NCBI GenBank assembly: GCA_963741205.1
Contig: CAVUHW010000013.1
Location: 96,001 to 160,000 of the forward strand
DNA from: Nitrospirota bacterium
GTDB lineage: Bacteria > Nitrospirota > UBA9217
Direction of reading: 5' to 3'
Length of the DNA: 64,000 nucleotides
Each line of letters opens with the position of its first letter. Positions within the stretch are counted from its first letter, which is position 1. The notes below the pieces were generated by a model that did not search any database, was not told the DNA's origin, and saw nothing but the letters and a program-made list of their open reading frames with translations. Both the position numbers and the translations under genes were made by a program. Positions 12,170 through 23,308 of the stretch are shown one piece after another.

Positions 12170-13193
12170 ATGCTCAAGAAAGCCAAAGATTTCCAGATGC
12201 CCAAAAAGCTCCAGTATGATCAGAAAAAGATAACCGATACGTATGGGAAGTTCACGGCCGAGCCCTTGGAACGAGGTTTTGGAACCACTTTGGGCAATTC
12301 GCTGCGGCGCGTTCTTCTTTCCTCTCTGGAGGGGTCTGCCATTACGTCACTGAAAATTTCGGGTGTGCAGCATGAATTTTCCAGTATCCCGGGAGTGATC
12401 GAAGACACAACGGATCTGATCCTGAATCTCAAGGAAATCAGGCTCAAGCTCCATACCGATAAACCCAAGACCCTTCTCCTCAAGGCCAAGGGTCCGGGCG
12501 AGGTCACGGCAAAAGACATCGAGGCGGACGCAGAAGTTGAGATCCTGAATCCGGACCTGCACCTTGCGACGATCGATAAAAACGGCAAACTCGAGCTTGA
12601 AATGCGCGCCCGGCGCGGGAGGGGGTATGTCTCCGCGGAACGGAACAAGGAGCCTGGACAGTCGATCGGCGTCATCCCGATCGATTCGATCTTTTCCCCG
12701 ATCCGCAAAGTCAATTTCAAGGTGGAGAACGCCCGTGTCGGCCAGGACACGGACTATGATAAACTGATCCTGGAAATCTGGACCGACGGCAGCATCAGGC
12801 CGGACGACGCCGTAGCGCACGCTGCAAAGCTGTTGAAGGACCATCTCATCGATCTTCATCCACCTTCCCGAGGAAGAAGAGGAACTCCTGCTTACGGAGG
12901 AGGAAATCAAAAAAGTACCCTCCTTCAACGAAAATCTTCTTCGAAGCGTCAATGAGCTTGAGCTCTCCGTGCGCGCGGCAAACTGCCTCAAGAACGCGGG
13001 AATCGAGACTATCGCGGAAATGGTGCAGAAGACCGAGAGCGAGATGCTCAAAACAAAGAATTTCGGAAGAAAGTCGCTGAACGAAATAAAAGAGATACTG
13101 GCGGAGATGGGCCTCTCGCTGGGATTGAAGGTGGACGATAAAATCGTCGCCGAGGCCAGGCGGCTCCTGGCAGAAAAACCGAGTGAAGCGTAA
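12170..13193 (+). CDS. rpoA: RNA polymerase alpha subunit (frameshift near 12850-12870)
   Basis: [22 protein letters not shown]; [28 protein letters not shown] in another frame. Confidence 0.97.
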
Positions 13194-13217
13194 TATCATA
13201 AGAGTAAGGATGCCAAA

Positions 13218-13640
13218 ATGAGACATGGATGCGCAGGCAGGCAATTTGGAAGAAACTCCGGGCACCGCAAGGCGCTGCTCCGGATGCTCGTGACCGCATT
13301 GCTGAAGAATGAAAAGATCGAGACGACCTCGGCTAAGGCGAAGGAAATTCGTCCCTTGGCAGAGAAAATGATCACCCTCGCCAAGAGGGGCGATCTGCAC
13401 GCACGGCGGCAGGCCCTCAGTTTTATTCAAGATGATTCAGTGGTCGGCAATCTCTTTTCCCAGATCGGGCCGCGGTTCGCTTCGCGGAACGGCGGGTATA
13501 CGCGCATCGTGCCGACCCGCAACCGCATGGGCGATGCGGCGCCCATGGCGGTGATAGAATTGGTCGAGCGGCCGAAAAAAGAGGCCTCGGAGACCAAGGC
13601 TTCAGGTAAGACGAAGGCCTCGAAGACGGCATCTGCCTAA
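13218..13640 (+). CDS. rplQ: 50S ribosomal protein L17
   Basis: MRHG...HRKALLR...GGYTRI...[12 protein letters not shown]. Confidence 0.99.
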   Translation: MRHGCAGRQFGRNSGHRKALLRMLVTALLKNEKIETTSAKAKEIRPLAEKMITLAKRGDLHARRQALSFIQDDSVVGNLFSQIGPRFASRNGGYTRIVPTRNRMGDAAPMAVIELVERPKKEASETKASGKTKASKTASA

Positions 13641-13646
13641 AATAGA

Positions 13647-13666
13647 CCTGGCCGGCAACGGCCAGG
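13647..13666 (+). terminator. GC-rich hairpin with GCAA tetraloop closing the ribosomal operon (no U-tract)
   Basis: CCTGGCCG-GCAA-CGGCCAGG perfect 8-bp stem 7 nt after rplQ stop. Confidence 0.5.
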
Positions 13667-14129
13667 CGCTTCCCACCAAAACCGCTTCGGATTAGGATTC
13701 GACAACATAAAATATCAGAGCCGCTGAGGACAAGACATCAGGTTTGGATCGGCTAGAGGTTGACGGCTTCAACACCGGGACTCACCGCTCATTGAGACTG
13801 CTTTCACCTCGGTTAACCACGATCCTGCCCATTCATTTCCGGATCGAATCATAGAGCTGTAAACCTCTTCCTTCCTACGGCGGCGCAACCAATCCTCCGA
13901 ACCAACTGGATACATGGCATTTCCCGAAGCGTTCGATAATGACATTCTCTGACCCTGCTAGGCCTGTTCTCCTCTACTAAAAAAACCTTACTTCGAAAGG
14001 AAATTCGTCTGAAACGCAAATACTCTGCTCAGCCGAACAGGTCCCGACGGGTATTTGCCATTTTTATTTAGATTTACACATAAATGCTTTTATGTTAAAA
14101 TATGTCGCATTGTTTCTCTGCGGAGAGCC

Positions 14130-16234
14130 ATGGCAGATGCAAAAAGCATAACCGCAGTGCCGGCGGCGCGCATGCGTCAGGTTTTCCTCAGGTGGCGGGG
14201 AGGGATCGGGTGCAGGGTATCCTTCTTTATGATGGCGGCCCTCATTCTCGTCGCCGCTCTGGTTGGAGCTTTCTTTTTCTGGGAAGGTGAAAAAAACCTT
14301 GATGCCGAGATTCGCGGCAGAACCTTTACCGCTGCGCGGCAACTGTCGGCCCTGATCGCAGAAGATATTATTACCGGAAACCGGCGCGATCTTTACAAAA
14401 AGGTTTCCCTTCCTTTCGCGGCAAATGAAGACGCTCAAGCCGGAAGTGTCCTCCTCTACCAGATGGTTTACGACAGCAACTGCGATCTTCTCATCGGCAG
14501 CACCCCTACCGATGTCTTTTTTAATCGTGACTCATATTTCTATACGCTCCCCGTGGAGAAGAAAAAAGAATGGGAAAACGTAGCATTAAAATGCGATGTT
14601 TCGCAGACGCACGCACCAGTGCTGGTCACCAGTAAAAACGGCGTTTATGATCTGACGTTCCCGGTGCTGGTAGGGAAAGAACAGGTCGGTTTTGTCCAGG
14701 TGGGCGTCTCGGGCGAGCCCTACGAGAAAAAATTTTTCGGAATAGTAAAAAAATCGGCGTTGCCCTTCTGGGGGTCCTTCTCGTGGGCCTGGCCTTCAGC
14801 CGAATCATCGCGGTCGCTATAACCAGGCCAATCCAGCACCTGAGCGAGGCGGCAGAAAAACTCGGGCGTCAGAATTGGGATTCGCCTCTTCCCGTGCGGG
14901 GAACCGATGAGATAGGCAAGCTCAGTACTGCGTTTAATCAAATGGCCCTGACCTTGAAGCAGCGTGAGGCGAGCCTCTCCCGGGGCAACCGCGATCTCTT
15001 CCTTCTCCACACGACGGGCCTGGATCTCATGGAGAGCCTTGACCGCAATGCACTGTTCGCCAAAGTCGCCGCGCGGGCCGAAGACCTGGTTCGGGCCGAC
15101 ACCGCGGCCGTATCCATCGTGGACCGCGAGGATCGCACGCTCAAATACGTCGGTGTGTACGGCACAAGAGCGGAATGGATCACCGGGATGGAACTGCCGT
15201 TTGAAGCGGGCGGCATCTACAACTGGCTTGCGAGCTATGGAACGCCGCTCCTTATTGCCGACGCTCAAGAGGATTTCAGGCTCGACGGCGCCCTGATGAA
15301 GTCCCTGGGTATCAGGAGCGTTTTGACGGTTCCCCTGTGGTCAACGAACACGATGATCGGCCTGCTGACCGCGATTAATAAGAAGGGAGGCGCCAGTTTC
15401 GACAAACACGACCTCCGGCTGTTTACGGTTTTCGCCAACATGGCATCGGTGGCGCTGCAGAATGCCTCCCTGTACGGAGACTTGGCGGCGAACATGAATG
15501 AATTGAAAACCGCCCAGGAGCAGCTCATCCATTCAACAAAGATGGCGGCGATTGGCGAGTTATCAGCCAACATCGCGCACGAAATCAACAACCCCTTGAC
15601 GAGCGTGCTCGGTTATACCACGCACCTCCTGAAGACGCTCGATCTCCCCGAAGCGCCGCGGAAGATGCTGGGGGTGATGGAGCAGGAGACCCTGAGGGTG
15701 CGAAAGATCATCCGCAATCTCCTCGATTTTACAAGGCAGCGGCCTACGTGGCTGCAGCCGGAAGATATCCTGCTGCCGATGCGCGAAACGGTGGCGCTCA
15801 TTCAAGGACTTGCCGAAGCATCCTCCGTGCGAATCAACGAAGTGTACCCTTCTGAGTCGTTTCTCGTGAATATGGACCATGACGAGATCAAGCAGGTTTT
15901 TGTCAATATTGTGAATAATGCACTCCAGGCCATGCCGCGGGGCGGGGAGATCCGGATACGGGTGGAAGCGGCGGGCGAGAACGAAATCCTCATAGAGCTG
16001 TCCGATACCGGCATCGGTATCGCGCCCGAGCACACGAACCGGATCTTTGAACCTTTTTTCTCCACGAAGGGCAACGGCCACGGAACAGGTCTTGGGCTGT
16101 CGATCAGTTACCGGATCATACAGAACCATGGCGGCAGGATCGAGATGGAGAGCATTGTCGGAAGTGGAACGACCTTCCGGATATTCTTGCCACGGTACCG
16201 ACAAGCCCAGCTCGTGCATAATGCCGGGCGATAA
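14130..16234 (+). CDS. Membrane sensor histidine kinase, periplasmic domain-HAMP-GAF-HisKA-HATPase (frameshift near 14760-14780)
   Basis: TM segments, ITRPIQHL..DEIGKL HAMP, GAF, H-box [22 protein letters not shown]. Confidence 0.9.
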
Positions 16235-16363
16235 GGTGAGGGCGATACGGCGCACTAGGGAGACGCCCCGAACGGTGAATTCGAACAGGTCGTCATGCTG
16301 TCGACCGAGGTCGGATTCAATCTGAAAACGTATCGGTTCGCCGATAATCAAGCGAAATCTTTC

Positions 16364-17802
16364 ATGAAAAAGAGAATACTCACGGGCTTCGGCCTGCTGC
16401 TCGCAATTTTTCTCAGCGGATGCATCATTGCCGCCCTGTACATTACCAGGACGGCGCAGCGCATGGACAAATTGATCATGCTCCATCAGGTTGAAATTCT
16501 GCGTGAAGATCTGATCATTCACATACATCAGCTCCAGTCGCATATTTCTCGAAGCAAGATCCGGAGCAAGGGAGATGTGGATGTGCTCATCGCGCAGGAG
16601 CAGGATATGGACCGCTTAATGAACTCCTGCATGGGCTGTCACCATTCACCCGAATTGACGCAAGGACTTACGGGCATGCGTGACCTGGCCGATGATTACA
16701 AAAACGCGATCACACGCCTCGTCACCGCCCCGGCGAACGCGCAGCAAATCGCGGCGCTCGAGCGCCGGGCACAGGACCTCGGGCAGGAACTCATCACCAT
16801 GACGCAGGGCATGGCCTTCACAGCCAACGTGCGGCTGCAGCAGAAGACCCAGGAAACGATGACAACAATCCGAGAAATCAGAAGCGTGCTGTACGGCACG
16901 CTGCTGATCGGCTTCATCCTCGCGGTCGTTACAGCCTATCTCCTGACCACGAGCCTCGATGGGCAGCTGCAAAAATTACTCGAGGCGACACGGCGCATCG
17001 CCCGGGGAGAGCTCCAGCATCGAGTTGACATCAACGATGCCAAAGGAAGTGAATTCAAGGAACTGGGAGAGGCCTTTAATACCATGACGCAGAACCTGCA
17101 TCAGTCACAGCGTCAACTGGTCCAGAGCGCGAAGCTGGCCGCCATCGGAGAACTGGCAACCAATATTGCCTATGAGGTCAACAATCCTTTGACCGGTGTC
17201 CTGGGTTATACAGGCCTGCTGTTGAAGGCCGATGATATTCCCGCCGACAAAAAGGAGCAGTTGAGAACCATTGAGCGGGAAACGATCCGCGCCAGGGAAG
17301 TGTTGAAGAACCTGCTGGACTTCTCGAGGCGGAAGCCCCCGCAGCTCGTCAAGACGGACATCGCGGACCTCATCGAGGACACGATACTCTTGGTGAAAGG
17401 GCAGGCGAAATTGGGAAACGTGGAGATAGTCCGGGACTGCACCCCCGGTCTTCCGCCGATTTCACTGGACGCCGATGAAATGAAGCAGGTCTTCGTGAAC
17501 CTGATCAATAACGCATTTGTTGCCATGTCCAAGGGAGGGACCCTGACGATCCGATGCAGACAGGCCAGGGATCGATCGGGAAACGAGGTTGTCATGGTGG
17601 AACTCGCCGATACGGGACAGGGTATTCCCGAGGAGCACGTGGACAAGATCTTCGATCCTTTTTTTACTACAGACCTGACGGCGAGGGAACGGGACTGGGG
17701 CTCTCCATCAGCTACTTGATCGTCCAGAACCATGGGGGACGAATCGAGGTGGAAAGTAAAGCCGGGGAAGGCTCAACCTTCCGGGTCAGTCTGCCGGTGT
17801 AG
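16364..17802 (+). CDS. Membrane sensor histidine kinase-like protein with periplasmic c-type heme motif and HAMP; H-box His replaced by Tyr (frameshift near 17670)
   Basis: CMGCH between two TM helices; IAYEVNNPL; [25 protein letters not shown]. Confidence 0.88.
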
Positions 17803-17906
17803 ACATTGAGGCTTGCGGATCTCTTTGACGGCATTCCGGCATGCTTGAAGCCCGGGTGAATCACAAAAAAGCGGCACTGCAGTGATTGGGAAAGAGGAGC
17901 ATACAT

Positions 17907-19441
17907 ATGGCTGGAGAGAAAATTCTCGTTGTCGACGACGAGGACATGATCAGAGACCTTTGTTATCATATTCTGTCCGCCGAGGGGTATCAGGTGTCCA
18001 TGGTTTCGAACGGCACAGCTGCGCTGGAAGAGCTGGGACGGACGCCGGTTGACCTGTTGATCACGGACATCAAGATGCCCGGCATCGACGGGCTGGAGCT
18101 TTTCGAGCGGGTCAAGGGCCGGAATCTCGACCTCGTGACGATCTTCATTACGGGTCACGGCACGCTTGATACGGCCATCGAGTCCCTCATGCGCGGCGTT
18201 GACGGTTTCGTCCTCAAGCCCTTCACCCAGGAGGAACTGCTCGGCGCGGTCGCGCGCGCCATCAACAGCAGCCGGCTGAAAAAGGAGAACATCAGGCTCA
18301 AGGCGCTGATCCCCCTGTTCGAGATCAGCAAATTGCTCGTGACCGAGATCGACCTCGCCCATCTTTTCAAGATCATCACCGAGGTGCTCGTGCAGGAATT
18401 TGCCGTGGACCGCGTGTCGCTGATGCTGATGGACGATGCCAGCGGGACCCTCCTGATCCGGGCCTCGCACGGGCTGCCGCCGGACATTGCGCTCAAGGCC
18501 CGCCGAGGGCAGGGAGAAGGCGTCGCTGGACTGGTGCTCAAGCACCGGAAACCCTTGATTATCTCGGCGGGAAAGCACCCGGACCAGGAAGTGATGAACG
18601 CAATCAACCGGGAGGACATGCCCGCATCGTCCATGTCGGTGCCGCTCATCGGAAAGAACAAGATGTTCGGCGTGCTCAATGTGAGCAAGTTTTCCGGGCC
18701 GCCCTTCACGACCAGCGACCTCCAGGTCGTCCTGATCCTGTCGAGCCAGGTGGTGACGGCCATGGAGAACGCGTCGTTGTATGAAAACCTGCGGGAGAAT
18801 TATTTCCGTACGATCCAGGCCCTCGTGGCCGCCGTAGAGGCAAAGGATCCTTACACCCGCTGGCACTCCACCAATGTCGCGAAATACGCCGTGGCTATCG
18901 CGCGCGACTTGGGGATGAGTCCGTCGCACCTTGAGGAGATGCACATCGCCGCCATTCTCCATGATGTCGGCAAGATCGGCATCAGCGAACTCATTATCAG
19001 TAAGCCCGACCGTCTGAGCCGCGAGGAGTTCGACTATCATGAAAGACCATCCAGCGCACGGGCTCAGGATTCTCGATCCGATCGGCTTCTCGTCGTCCAT
19101 CACAACCGCGATCTATCAGCACCATGAACGGTACGACGGCAAGGGCTATCCCCAGGGGCTGGCCGGAGAACAGATCGCGTTCTCAGCGCGGATACTGAAT
19201 GTCGCGGACACGATCGATGCCATGGTGTCCGAACGTCCTTACCGGGGCACGATTTCCAGCCAGGACGTTCTTCTTGAGCTGGAGCGGGAGGCCGGGGCGG
19301 CAATTCGACCCCGGGGTTTCCTCATCCGCCAGGCGGCTCATCGAAAAGGGCCTGCTGAAGCTCGGCATACATTCGTATTTCCAGCATTCGGGCGGTCCTG
19401 ACCAGGCAGAGCGGGAAGGCAAAGAAGCGGGCCACGGGTAG
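17907..19441 (+). CDS. Response regulator REC-GAF-HD-GYP (c-di-GMP phosphodiesterase-type; frameshifts near 19035 and 19295)
   Basis: ILVVDDE, LITDIKMPG; EAKDPYT..HS, LHDVGKIG, HHERYDGKGYP. Confidence 0.9.
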
Positions 19442-19536
19442 AACAGGGTGGGATTACAACCCGAGTATGACCTTCCTGATCCAGGGCGTCCAGGAAGAAT
19501 CTTAACCCTGCACCTTGTTGGCAAACCAAAAACCTC

Positions 19537-19565
19537 TTGACTTAAATAAGTTACTTTGTTATAGT
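19537..19565 (+). promoter_or_regulatory. Sigma70-type promoter upstream of porin
   Basis: TTGACT-17nt-TATAGT with extended TG. Confidence 0.6.
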
Positions 19566-20018
19566 CTGCCTTAAGTTTTGGCTGATTTTAATAAGCAGCA
19601 GCCCTTGCGCCGCATCTCGAAGCACTCGTCACATTGTAGCAGTTTGTAATAGTGGCAGATTCAAACGATTTACACGAGCTATGATTACCACTAGCAGACC
19701 TACATATTTCACGCACATCTGCGTCCGTGATGAGAAACCTGTCGGCGGACCATGCAGGGCCTTTTCAGCGCCCCCCGCACCTCGTCAATCTCCAAAGGCA
19801 AAATCTGAAGTTTACACAATCTCTCGATTTAAACTTGAGGCTTTCAGTTTTAGAACCGAGCAGAGATTCTATTTCATTTTTCATGGAAAGGGGGGGTGGA
19901 CCGAAATCATACCATAGATGAACACAGACTCATCGCAGCAACGAAGCATTCATTTCACTCTAAGGTTACCAGGTGTTTGGTTAAGACAAAGGCAAATCTA
20001 TTTTAGGGAGGATAAACG

Positions 20019-21298
20019 ATGAAGAAGTTTCTAGCAGTATTTGCAGTGCTGGCAATGGTAGGTTTGAGTTCGATCGCATTTGCCGCAGCGGAAGTGACCG
20101 TTGGCGGCAGCGTGCAGATCCGGAGCAGGGATTTCAAGATCTGAACTTTGACAAGAACGAATGCCCGCAAACACGGTCGACACGCAGGAACGTATCATGA
20201 TCGACGTGAACGCCAAGGCTGGCGACAACGTCAAGGGCAAGATCACGCTCTGGAACGATTTTGAAGACTGGGGCAGACTTGAAAGCAACCAGGGCAACGG
20301 CTTCGGAAGCGCAACCGGCACTGACGTGCTCGCAGGGCACCGACCACCACCGGTGGCAGGGTAATGGACATTTCGGTTTCCGTGAGGCATGGCTCAGTTT
20401 CAATCTTCCCGGCATTCCGGTGAACGTGACGGCGGGCCACCAGCTCCTGGCTCTGGGCAATGAGTGGTTCCTCCGAAACAAGCATTTCGGTTCCGATGCG
20501 TGGGTAATCGCAAATGTGACCGGCGCTAACACGGCCGCCTTTGTCGATATCAAGGTTGCCGAGGGTCTGGTAGGGAGAAGCGATGATGTTGACGCCTATG
20601 CCTTGCTCGACGTATTCAAGCTCAACGATGACAACATGATCGGCATCAACCTGACCAACGTGCGCCTTGGGACGAGCGACAATGCGCTCCAGAACATCGA
20701 GCTCCATTATGCCGGAAAGCTCGCCATGATCAATTTGAAGGCGCAGGGGGACATGCAAATGGGCACGGCCAAGGCCTCGGCAACGGGTGCTGCAGCCGAT
20801 CAGAAATACAAGGGCGCGCAGGCCATTATCCAGGGCAACGTGGCGCTTGATCCTGTTACGATCAACTTCTTGCTTGGCTGGGGTACGGGTCCCAAGCCTA
20901 ATCAGACCGATATAAATCAGTATATCAACTTCCTGGACATCGACCCCCACTATACCTTCCTGTATGAGTATAAGATTGCCGGCGCATGCGGCGCGAGAAA
21001 CCAGGGCTTCTGTAACACGACGGCCGCCAGCGTGGGCGCCGCGTTTGCTGCTACCAAGAGCCTGACGATAGGCGCTGATTACTATTTCCTGCAGGCGACT
21101 GAGAAGGTGTCAAACAAGAAATCCGGCATTGCCGGTGAGACGACCAACGACCTCGGACAAGAAGTCGATGTGATCGTGAACTGGAAGCTCTATGACAACC
21201 TGACCTGGAACTGGACCTTAGGCTACCTTACGCCCGGCGATGGATTGGGCAAAGATGCCGCGATGGGCGTCCAGGGTATCCTGGCCTTCAAGTTCTAA
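20019..21298 (+). CDS. Outer membrane beta-barrel porin (alginate-export/OmpJ-like), frameshifted near the 5' end
   Basis: SD GGGAGG; signal peptide MKKFLAVFAVLA; GFREAWL, DLGQEVD..VNWKLYDNL; C-terminal Phe (AFKF). Confidence 0.8.
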
Positions 21299-21339
21299 CA
21301 TACTCGCACCACACGTTTACTCAACAGGTAACGGAAACG

Positions 21340-21376
21340 AAAACCCCGGGGGATCAATCCTCCGGGGTTTTTTTTG
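21340..21376 (+). terminator. Rho-independent terminator
   Basis: AAAACCCCGGGGGAT-CA-ATCCTCCGGGGTTTTTTTT. Confidence 0.85.
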
Positions 21377-21390
21377 CCCATACCACAGAC

Positions 21391-21474
21391 CGTCATCCCC
21401 GAAGGTTCTATCAGGGATCCGATTTCTTTAAAGACGAAGAGTGGATTCCCGCTCAGAACCACTGCGGGAATGAC
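21391..21474. repeat. REP-like inverted doublet (GTCAT(T/C)CCCG...GGAATGAC family)
   Basis: CGTCATCCCCGAAG... and TGGATTCCCGC...GCGGGAATGAC. Confidence 0.75.
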
Positions 21475-21694
21475 AATTATGTTGTTTTTTGTCAATGTCG
21501 ATTCCCTCGAAAGATGGTGTATCTGTATATTATGTTTCTTAGATTAATAGCCTTGAGAAGCAAAATATAATGTGCTAAAATGTGTTGCCTTGCGATTTAA
21601 TAAGCACAACGGTTTTATCCAGGCAAGATGCGGGCTCTCCAAGCAGAGTTGTACCAGTTGAGCTAGACTGTGCAGGAATGGAGACGCGGGGAGC

Positions 21695-22084
21695 ATGAAG
21701 ACTCAAGTTGGTTCCGGAACAATCCTGATCGTGGAGGATGAACAGCTTGTGGCGAATCTCGCCCGAGACGTCCTTCTGCGTTTCGGCTATAGGGTGCTGG
21801 TCGTAAATTGCGGCGCGCACGCGATTGACCTGTATCAGCAGCAGTCCCGAGACATCGTGGCAGTCGTCCTGGACATGGTTATGCCGGAGATGGACGGCAG
21901 CGAGGTCTTTCGGAGGCTGCGCGCCATTAACCCCCAAGTGAAAGTGATCGTAACAACCGGTTACGACCGCGCTTCGGACATCGACGAGATGCTTAAGCAA
22001 GGTGCGGCGGGATTCATTCAGAAGCCTTACCGGATTGCAGAACTCGTCAAAGCGGTGGGCGAGGCGGTGGAGGGGGGAACCTAA
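21695..22084 (+). CDS. Single-domain response regulator (REC)
   Basis: ILIVEDE, VLDMVMPEMDG, FIQKPY. Confidence 0.92.
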   Translation: MKTQVGSGTILIVEDEQLVANLARDVLLRFGYRVLVVNCGAHAIDLYQQQSRDIVAVVLDMVMPEMDGSEVFRRLRAINPQVKVIVTTGYDRASDIDEMLKQGAAGFIQKPYRIAELVKAVGEAVEGGT

Positions 22085-22146
22085 ATTGCGGATTACCCTG
22101 CACTCGCGCGACGCGCTTGAAGGCGGGCATAAACGGAATTAAAACG

Positions 22147-22176
22147 AAAACGCTCCTAAAATATCAGGAGCGTTTT
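22147..22176. terminator. Bidirectional terminator between convergent genes
   Basis: AAAACGCTCCT-N8-AGGAGCGTTTT. Confidence 0.75.
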
Positions 22177-22230
22177 CCTATCTGAGACAGGCGGTTTTAC
22201 GCAAGAGGATTGAGAAATCCGGAACCCGCA

Positions 22231-22318
22231 CACCCCTGAACTCACGCGTGCGCACACCCTGCATTCGCGCTACGCACTCATAAACGCTGGCCGCAGGCTC
22301 ATAACCGCTGGGTGCAGG
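22231..22318. repeat. Self-nested ~44-bp mini-element (inner copy 22255-22297)
   Basis: Outer CACCCCTGAACTCACGCG...CTCATAACCGCTGGGTGCAGG interrupted by a full second copy. Confidence 0.7.
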
Positions 22319-22339
22319 CTCCGGATTCCGAAATTGCTC

Positions 22340-23195
22340 TTACGGATTTTGCAGTTTCGCCGCCTTGACCACATGCTTCAGCAGCACGCGTGTCGTCACG
22401 GTGCCGACGCCGCCCGGCACCGGCGTGATCGCTCCGGCCACATCCTTCGCGGGCTCGGTGTCCACATCTCCGAAGAGCTTATCTCCCTCCACATTGATGC
22501 CGACATCCATGACCGTCGCGCCGTTCTTGATGTAGTCCTTCGTGATCATCTCTCGCCTTGCCGATGGCCGCAACCAGGATATCGGCCCGCCTGCATACAC
22601 CCGGGGAGGTCCTGCGTCTTTGAATGACAGACCGTTACGGTGGCGTTCTCGCCCAGGAGCAGCATGGACATGGGTTTGCCGACCACCATGGAGCGGCCGA
22701 CGACCACCGCCTCCTTGCCGCTCATCGGGATCTGATAGAAGCGGAGGATCTCCATGACCGCCTGAGGCGTTGCCGGCGGGAAGCCGGTCATGTCTCCGGC
22801 CATGATCTTTCCCGCGTTCACCGGGTTAAAGCAGTCCACGTCCTTTTCCGGCGAAAGGATGTATTTCACCACGTCTTCCCTGATCTGCTTCGGGAACGGA
22901 CGCATCACGATGATCCCGTGGATGCTTCTTGTCCGCGTTCCGCTCTTTCAGGATATTCACGAACTCGTCCTGGCTCGTTGAGCCGGGCAGCTGTTCGATG
23001 CTCGCAGGCAATGCCGTTCTTTTCCGCCATCTTTTTTGCGCTGTTCGCGTAGGAGACGGAGTCCGCCGCGTCTCCTACGATCATGATCCTGAGCGCGGGA
23101 TTGACGCCCTTGGCCTTGAGCTCCTGCACGTCCTTCTGGATGTCCAGGTCCATCTTCTGAGCCACTTCTTTTCCTGTTAATAGTTTTGCCGGCAT
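22340..23195 (-). CDS. folD: Methylenetetrahydrofolate dehydrogenase FolD (frameshifted)
   Basis: [36 protein letters not shown]. Confidence 0.93.
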
Positions 23196-23231
23196 GATTG
23201 CTCCTTGAAAAAAGTTAGTTGTGAGACACAC

Positions 23232-23257
23232 TGGATTCCTGCTTTCGCAGGAATGAC
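23232..23257. repeat. Single REP-like hairpin
   Basis: TGGATTCCTGC-TTTC-GCAGGAATGAC. Confidence 0.7.
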
Positions 23258-23308
23258 AAGATTTTATTCTGTTCCGCATTCCGCACTATCCGCAATCCGC
23301 ATTCGAAT

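Noticed and set aside
7784-13193. secY and rpoA as pseudogenes or programmed frameshifts
   Set aside because: Both are essential and indels occur throughout the window; sequencing error is the simpler explanation.
13671-13703. tmRNA-like words: TCCCACCA followed by GATTAGGATTCGAC (possible permuted tmRNA)
   Set aside because: No 5' GGGG acceptor strand, no T-arm GTTCRANTC before CCACCA, and no recognisable tag peptide.
13985-14058. c-di-GMP-I riboswitch resemblance (GAAAGG...ACGCAAA)
   Set aside because: GGCAAA and the GAAA-capped stem cannot be assembled in the correct order.
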